The notes below the pieces were generated by a model that made no database searches, had not been told where the DNA came from, and was given only the letters and a program-made list of their open reading frames with translations. From positions 104,424-168,423 of the forward strand of contig JAJDWA010000023.1 of assembly GCA_022825825.1 (NCBI GenBank): a DNA stretch of 64,000 nt, read 5' to 3'. Position 1 is the first letter of the stretch, and each line of letters opens with the position of its first letter. The position numbers and the translations under genes were made by a program. Origin of the DNA: Candidatus Poribacteria bacterium. GTDB taxonomy: Bacteria > Poribacteria > WGA-4E > WGA-3G. This document shows positions 58,052 to 64,000 of this stretch, in pieces.

Positions 58052-60448
58052 TTAAAAACTATTATACCATGAAAAAGAGGTTTGCCAACCTTTCCATGAA
58101 TCCAATGTTTTGGCAATATTGATCCTTAAGGGGCCATTTTCTTGAAACTGTAAACCGATACCGATATCTGCTTTCGGCTCAAACGAAAATGTTCCATCTG
58201 AGACATTCCAAACTTGTCCTTCGTCAAAGAAAAAGACAAGAAAAGTGTTTTTGAAAATATTATAATTAGACAAGTTTGCTAAACGGTAATGAAATTCAAC
58301 GTTAAGTAAAAATCCACGGTCTCCCATAAAGGCATATTGTGAGTAGCCATACCAAGACTTAGTAGATACTTCCTTTTCATCTTCGTTTGCAGGAACATAT
58401 AACGGATAACCTTTCAAACCGCCTAAACCGCCGATTACAAATTTTCTTTGAATTGGTAGCGGGGCGTTGGCAAAACCGAAAAGCAATCGCGTACGGACAC
58501 GGTGGTTATCTAAAGGAAAGGCATATCGAAAATGCAATTGAGCCCGTATAAAATCAAAATCAGATCCGACAACAGCGTTGCTATGCTCAACGAAAAGTGT
58601 ATTGTGCCAGCCAAGAAAATCCGTTCGGGTATTAAAATCGTATTGGAACGTGAGGCTTCGCATTTGACCAGGGTCTATTGACGGATTTAGCCTGGCTTCC
58701 AGCTCTTTTACAACCCAGCTTACCGTGTTCCAATCTGTGCTTTTTTCGAGACTCTTATGTGATTCGGCAAGCATTCCTAATTTGAAGGAGTGGACCGGCA
58801 TTACTGGACTCCACTGTAATTCAACTTCTACACCTTGTCTTAAATAGTAATTTTGAAGGTCAGGATAACCTAACACACGTTGAACAATGGATGTGTCATT
58901 ATTGAAGTTAGGAAAAAGTTCAGGCGCTATCGCATCGGTTTGTCTATGTAGTTGTGCTGTCAGTCCGAGATTCCATGTATACGGTTTACCCCAGTTTGCT
59001 CTTCCACCAAAACGGTAGTGTAAATGCGGATTACCGAAGGTGTAGCTAATCTTCCCAAAGAAATTTGAGGTTTGCCTGTTCAATGAATCTGGCACATTCC
59101 AGCTCCACAGAGGCCCGAGATCGGTCGATCTTCCCACTTGAAAACCTGTTCCAATTTCCCAGTTGGTAACGCGGTTAAACCGCAAAAATAGCGGTGGACG
59201 AAGACCGAAATAGATGTTTGAGGATAAGCGTTTTTCATCAAAGGTAATTGTTGCTACACGAGTGAAGTTCTCTTCATTAACCTGTAGACGAACCTCTTTA
59301 AAATAAGGCATTACTTTAAATAGGGTTTTCAATGCTTGTTCAATATTCTCAGAACCGTTATTAAGTGTTTGGCGTATCTGTTCCTCTGGGACTTGCTGAT
59401 TTCCTTGAATACGTATTTCGTGAATAGGCGCGTCTCCTGCTCTAAATCGTGTGGCTGTGTAGGAGAATAACTCATCAGTCTCAAGACGTGAAGCAGTTGT
59501 TTTTACATTCCGATTCGCTCCCGATTGCGTTATTGTTAGAGACTTAAGCACCGATAGCGACTTTGATCGCCTACGATTCTCAACGGTAAGGACAGCAACG
59601 GTTTCTCCATTCTCTTCCGTGACCCGCACAGATATTTTGCGACGGTTACCCAGTGATTTAGTAATCATTGGTAGGACATTTTCCAAGCTCCCCGAACCGT
59701 TTGCAAGAAACTTCAAAATATTGGTTCTTTCTGGACTTTTCGCGTTCTGAATTATGAAATCATGAATCTGAATGCCGTTGAACCGCCAAGATGATGTTAC
59801 TAAGGGTTTTTGTAAATCTACACTAAATGATTGAAGGTTCTTCTGAGAGATAGGTCTTTGAGGTGATTTCATCTGTGTATTTAATGGATTGCGGACAGGT
59901 GGTTCTATAGTATCAGTTGATGCCTTAGGGTGTGCGAAAACTGAACCCGGTAACCTCCGAAGATTTTTCAATTCTGGTATATCAATACCGAGTTGGTTAA
60001 GATTTCTTAGCATATCTCCAACCTGTTCCGTGGGCAATTCACCTATAATGTTTATGAGATAAACATTATTTTCACTGTGGACGATAATAAAGATGCCAAC
60101 GACAAAATCCTCTTGTCTAAACGTGTAAAGATGAAATCTTTCACCTTTCTGATATACGCTCCACCCACGCGCTGTTAGTCTATCCTTATAATGCTGAAGC
60201 ATCTGCTTATAATTGAGCCCTTTTCTATGATAATTGCGTAGGTATAGGTAGTCCACTTTTTTATACAATGCAGCGATTTCTGCATTCGGATTTTCCATTA
60301 CCTGCGCAATGATGCGCCGATCTAAATCAAATTTAAATTGCGCAGATGGGGCATTGTACCAATTGAAAGATACTTTTCCGCTGCTGCTTTGCGCACTGGC
60401 AGCCCCGCATAGAAGCAGGAAACACAAAATAATAAAAATGTTCTTCAT
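58052..60448 (-). CDS. Omp85/BamA-TamA-like outer membrane protein with DUF4252-like N-terminal domain
   Basis: Signal peptide; YLINIIGEL; POTRA-like IHEIRIQGN; IGGLGGLKGY loop; FFDEGQVW; C-terminal F. Confidence 0.72.
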   Translation of the reverse strand: MKNIFIILCFLLLCGAASAQSSSGKVSFNWYNAPSAQFKFDLDRRIIAQVMENPNAEIAALYKKVDYLYLRNYHRKGLNYKQMLQHYKDRLTARGWSVYQKGERFHLYTFRQEDFVVGIFIIVHSENNVYLINIIGELPTEQVGDMLRNLNQLGIDIPELKNLRRLPGSVFAHPKASTDTIEPPVRNPLNTQMKSPQRPISQKNLQSFSVDLQKPLVTSSWRFNGIQIHDFIIQNAKSPERTNILKFLANGSGSLENVLPMITKSLGNRRKISVRVTEENGETVAVLTVENRRRSKSLSVLKSLTITQSGANRNVKTTASRLETDELFSYTATRFRAGDAPIHEIRIQGNQQVPEEQIRQTLNNGSENIEQALKTLFKVMPYFKEVRLQVNEENFTRVATITFDEKRLSSNIYFGLRPPLFLRFNRVTNWEIGTGFQVGRSTDLGPLWSWNVPDSLNRQTSNFFGKISYTFGNPHLHYRFGGRANWGKPYTWNLGLTAQLHRQTDAIAPELFPNFNNDTSIVQRVLGYPDLQNYYLRQGVEVELQWSPVMPVHSFKLGMLAESHKSLEKSTDWNTVSWVVKELEARLNPSIDPGQMRSLTFQYDFNTRTDFLGWHNTLFVEHSNAVVGSDFDFIRAQLHFRYAFPLDNHRVRTRLLFGFANAPLPIQRKFVIGGLGGLKGYPLYVPANEDEKEVSTKSWYGYSQYAFMGDRGFLLNVEFHYRLANLSNYNIFKNTFLVFFFDEGQVWNVSDGTFSFEPKADIGIGLQFQENGPLRINIAKTLDSWKGWQTSFSWYNSF

Positions 60449-60463
60449 CAGAGTCCCTTAGAT

Positions 60464-61570
60464 TCATTTGTCCATCTTTTTGATACGCTGTTTTAACTTT
60501 TTTAGTCCATCTGGAACGTCCGGCTTACCGGGATGGAAGATAACTTCGGGTGGCACAATCTGTCTTGGGCGGTTGGGTGGTTTATAAAACCATTGCAGAG
60601 CAATCTGGAATCGTGGTCCTTGGAAATAGTGTATTTCAACAAGGTGAAAACCTGCTGTAAGTCTCACGTGTGATCGTCTGCTTAGCGGCCCATGTATCCC
60701 ATCATTATCAACAACTAATTTTCCATTGATATATAACTTAGCCCCATCATCAGAGAGCAGTTCAAACATATATGTGCCGGGCGTATCCACTGCCAATTTA
60801 CCACGGAAATGTATAGCAAAGTTTTCAAGTACAGTTTGTTTCTGAGGTGTAGGAAATCCTGCTGTATAATTTCTGGCAGATACATCCAAATTAGCCGTTG
60901 CAAAGGTATATAGAGGAGTCATCCGCTTAAAATTAGGCATAAAATGAATTGGCCCACCAGGAATATAGACCTGACCTATTAATCCGTGTCCGGGCATTAC
61001 GTCAGAGTCAAAAATACCGAGTCCCATGATGCCTTCGTCTAAATCTATTGAATCGAGACCTACTACACCTGCCACATTTGATAATCCTTTGCCTATACCG
61101 CTGCCTGTGCCACCACGCCCAGGCCCCCGTACGTTCCCTCCTGCTCCACGGTACTCTGGAACGACAATAGGTCCCGCTGCTTCAGCATCTTTCCCGAAAC
61201 TCGCGTTGGGTAGTGCAGGCGCGTCTGTTCGAGGTATATTTGCATAAGTGACAATTTCGGGAGCGATATTATCATGAATTGGAGCTTTCGGAGGGTTCAT
61301 CTCTGGAGCATACTTGGGGGCTGCGCGCGAAAGTGCGGGTGATCCGTTATCGGGCCTGGGTTTAGGTTGTACCCGCTGGTGTTGGCGCATGAAACGACGT
61401 TTCACGTGTTCTGGAGTATCTGTTTTAAAGATTACAAGAGAGAGGTCGGGATCTGTTTCATTGAAATGTTTTACCAAAAACGGTGATATAATTAATATCA
61501 ATATAAAATGTATCCCTAAAGAAATTAGTAAAGATATTTTACTTTTGGTTCTTTTCACGACACAACTCAC
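60464..61570 (-). CDS. Single-pass membrane protein with Pro/Gly-rich linker and C-terminal PA14 domain
   Basis: TM with SLGIH; ENFAIHFRG, SDDGAKLYING, DNDGIH, YFQGP. Confidence 0.82.
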   Translation of the reverse strand: MSCVVKRTKSKISLLISLGIHFILILIISPFLVKHFNETDPDLSLVIFKTDTPEHVKRRFMRQHQRVQPKPRPDNGSPALSRAAPKYAPEMNPPKAPIHDNIAPEIVTYANIPRTDAPALPNASFGKDAEAAGPIVVPEYRGAGGNVRGPGRGGTGSGIGKGLSNVAGVVGLDSIDLDEGIMGLGIFDSDVMPGHGLIGQVYIPGGPIHFMPNFKRMTPLYTFATANLDVSARNYTAGFPTPQKQTVLENFAIHFRGKLAVDTPGTYMFELLSDDGAKLYINGKLVVDNDGIHGPLSRRSHVRLTAGFHLVEIHYFQGPRFQIALQWFYKPPNRPRQIVPPEVIFHPGKPDVPDGLKKLKQRIKKMDK

Positions 61571-61620
61571 CCCATTATTTGTTAAGTATTGCCTGACACA
61601 ACTGAATTTAAAACAAAATT

Positions 61621-63981
61621 CTAAAAACTATAGAAAAACATTAGATTGAATTGAGTACCTTGCTCATCATCAAATGCTTTTGCAATGTTGAAGCGAAAAA
61701 TATTAGCCTCCGATCCAATCTGCAGACCAATACCAGCACTGCTTTTCGGTTTAAAATGCCAATTGTTGTCCAGTTTATTCCAAACTTGTCCTTGATCGAA
61801 GAGTAAAACCACATACATATTATTCAGCACGTCCATATTGATATTATTCAGCACATTGATCTTATTGATACGCGGCAAACCAATGAGAAATTCTACGTTG
61901 AAAAGGTAGCCCTGATCACCAGCGAATATATATAATGGATAACCGTTGAGTGTACCAATTCCACCGATTATAAATTGACGTTGAATCGGTAGGAGAGCTG
62001 TCCCAACATGATCCTCAGCAGGTTTGCCTACAACCGAACCCAGCACAAACCGAGTACGAAGTTGGTTATTTCGGAATGGAACAGCATAGCGCAAATGTGT
62101 TTGAAACCGTGTCCAATCAAAATCGGAACCAAAAGATGTATTGCTATGTTCAACAAGAAAAGTATTATGCCAACCGAGGTAATTATTTCGATTCTTATAA
62201 TCTGATTTGAACTGAATACTGCGCATGTTACCTGGTGTTATTACAAGATTTTCTCGGACTTTTGATGATGACCGCCAGTTGAGAAGATGCCAATCAGTTG
62301 TTTTTTGCAGGCTTTCGTGTGTTTCCCAAAGCATTGAAAGCCTAAAATTTATTGATCGCCCTGGTTGCCACCGTAATGCAACTTCTGCCCCGTTTCTCAA
62401 ATAGTAATCCTGATGATCTGGTACGCCAAAAATACGCAGCATAAATGTGCCAGTATCGTTATAACCAGCGTAAATATCTGGTGCGATTGTGGTTGTAGAG
62501 CGTTGAAACTGTGCGGTTAAGCCTAAATTCCATTTACTGCGGTCTCCCCAGATTCGGTTACCACCAATCCGGTAATAGAGTTGTTTATTCCCGAATCCGT
62601 AGCCAAACTGTGCAAAAAGTTTGGAGTTGTCCTTTTTAATCGGTACGTTAGAGTACCAGTCGAATTCAAAGGGCGTGATATTATCTCTCTTTTGCGAACG
62701 CAACCCAGTTTCGACACGCGCGCCGAGTTCCCACCCTGTGACACGATTAAATCCTATCCGTGGAATCATGGTTGTATAGGTGCTTAAAGGAAACGTTTTC
62801 TCTATAAGATTTATTGTCGCAATCCGTTGTTTAGGGAATTCCTCAATTTTGATCTCTACCCGATCAAATTGATCAATTTCTGGAAAAGTTTCAGACAAGG
62901 ATATAACAGCATCGGCGATTTCTGCGGGACCTTCTTCAAGTGCCTTTACAATCTCATCCGATTCAGCGGACAGATTCCCCTCAACCTGTATTTCATCAAT
63001 AAAATCTCCGTTGCGCGTCTGGTATCTCCGAGAAAGCGGAATTAGACCGGCTTCATTCGGTATATCCTCAAGGTAGATATTCACCCATTTTTCACTTGTA
63101 TTCACGGTAACTTTTTGCACGAATTTCGCTACATCTGAATCCGATAATTTTTTTAACAGTACCGCGAGGTCTTCTGGACCTTCTTGTGGTACAATATTTC
63201 CGAAGAAAACATCTTTGACTGCATTTACTCTCCCTTTGTGGCTGATGCCCTCGGTTTTCGTCCGTGATTGTATCTGAATCTCTTGAATTGGGTGTCCACG
63301 ATAAGTCCAATCCGCTGAATGTGTTTCTTGTATTGTCCCTGAAAACTGGATAAACGGATTTGGTGAATCATCTGAAATACGAAACATTGTTACCGGCTTT
63401 TTATCCAGCAATATCTCTTCAGTCTCTGAAACCACTGTTTCCGTCTCAACACTCGGTAACTCAATGGTTTCACCGAGCGATCTCAATTCGGGTATCCAAA
63501 TACCGATTGCATTTAGGTTTGCTAACAGTTCACCTATTTGTTCTTTTGGAATCTGTCCAACGACGTTGAGCAGATGTACTCCTGTCCTATCCTTAACAAC
63601 AGCAAAGATACCTCTGCAGATATTTCCTGATGTCGTTTCGGTAAGAATAGAAATTTGTCGGTTTTCATCCTTAGCGAAACTTTCCCATCCATTCTGCTGT
63701 AACTTCTCACTATAATATCGTACAAATTTGTCAAAAAGACCCTCTTTAGTATCGTACGTGTGGACATATAGATTTTCAACAGCATAGAAAGGTTCGTCCG
63801 TTGAGATAAGAGCAATCAGTTCACGGTTGAGGTTGAACTGAAATTTGACAGGTAGCACATCAGGACAATCGAAAGGGATCGTTCCTTCTGGCGTCTGTGC
63901 CTGTAATAGCATTGTTCCTGAAAGTATAACGAATACAATAATAGTTTTTTTGATAGTAGATATTGACAGTAACATTTCCAC
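61621..63981 (-). CDS. Omp85/BamA-TamA-like outer membrane protein with DUF4252-like N-terminal domain (paralogue of 58052-60448)
   Basis: HLLNVVGQIP; FNRVTGWELG; IGGIGTLNGY; LFDQGQVW; C-terminal F. Confidence 0.72.
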   Translation of the reverse strand: MEMLLSISTIKKTIIVFVILSGTMLLQAQTPEGTIPFDCPDVLPVKFQFNLNRELIALISTDEPFYAVENLYVHTYDTKEGLFDKFVRYYSEKLQQNGWESFAKDENRQISILTETTSGNICRGIFAVVKDRTGVHLLNVVGQIPKEQIGELLANLNAIGIWIPELRSLGETIELPSVETETVVSETEEILLDKKPVTMFRISDDSPNPFIQFSGTIQETHSADWTYRGHPIQEIQIQSRTKTEGISHKGRVNAVKDVFFGNIVPQEGPEDLAVLLKKLSDSDVAKFVQKVTVNTSEKWVNIYLEDIPNEAGLIPLSRRYQTRNGDFIDEIQVEGNLSAESDEIVKALEEGPAEIADAVISLSETFPEIDQFDRVEIKIEEFPKQRIATINLIEKTFPLSTYTTMIPRIGFNRVTGWELGARVETGLRSQKRDNITPFEFDWYSNVPIKKDNSKLFAQFGYGFGNKQLYYRIGGNRIWGDRSKWNLGLTAQFQRSTTTIAPDIYAGYNDTGTFMLRIFGVPDHQDYYLRNGAEVALRWQPGRSINFRLSMLWETHESLQKTTDWHLLNWRSSSKVRENLVITPGNMRSIQFKSDYKNRNNYLGWHNTFLVEHSNTSFGSDFDWTRFQTHLRYAVPFRNNQLRTRFVLGSVVGKPAEDHVGTALLPIQRQFIIGGIGTLNGYPLYIFAGDQGYLFNVEFLIGLPRINKINVLNNINMDVLNNMYVVLLFDQGQVWNKLDNNWHFKPKSSAGIGLQIGSEANIFRFNIAKAFDDEQGTQFNLMFFYSF

Positions 63982-64000
63982 TCCTGCGTTGATCTGTTGT

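Overview
Bacterial chromosomal window, roughly 40-45% GC by eye. The gene repertoire (WD40 lipoprotein, PhyH, Uma2 proteins, many Gfo/Idh/MocA and TIM-barrel sugar enzymes) resembles Ca. Poribacteria; this is inference. All product calls come from motif recognition, not database searches. The centre is a ~15 kb minus-strand moaA-sufCBD-grx-sufSU-Rieske-DUF59-DUF971-rhodanese run interleaved with co-oriented toxin-antitoxin or defence-like genes, including a candidate ADP-ribosyltransferase. It is divergent from a hypothetical-hypothetical-moeB unit. After moeB come a 93-bp duplicate of its 3' end (synonymous differences only) and three unannotated membrane micropeptide genes with variable N-termini and a shared C-terminal tail. 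The right end holds two DUF4252-like/POTRA/Omp85-like paralogues flanking a TonB-like PA14 protein, plus DUF4159. Intergenic DNA carries GTAG-type REPs, TATAGT-ended MITE-like elements and two ISKra4-like remnants whose ends each sit 16 bp upstream of a -35 box. No rRNA, tRNA, CRISPR array or reverse transcriptase was seen.
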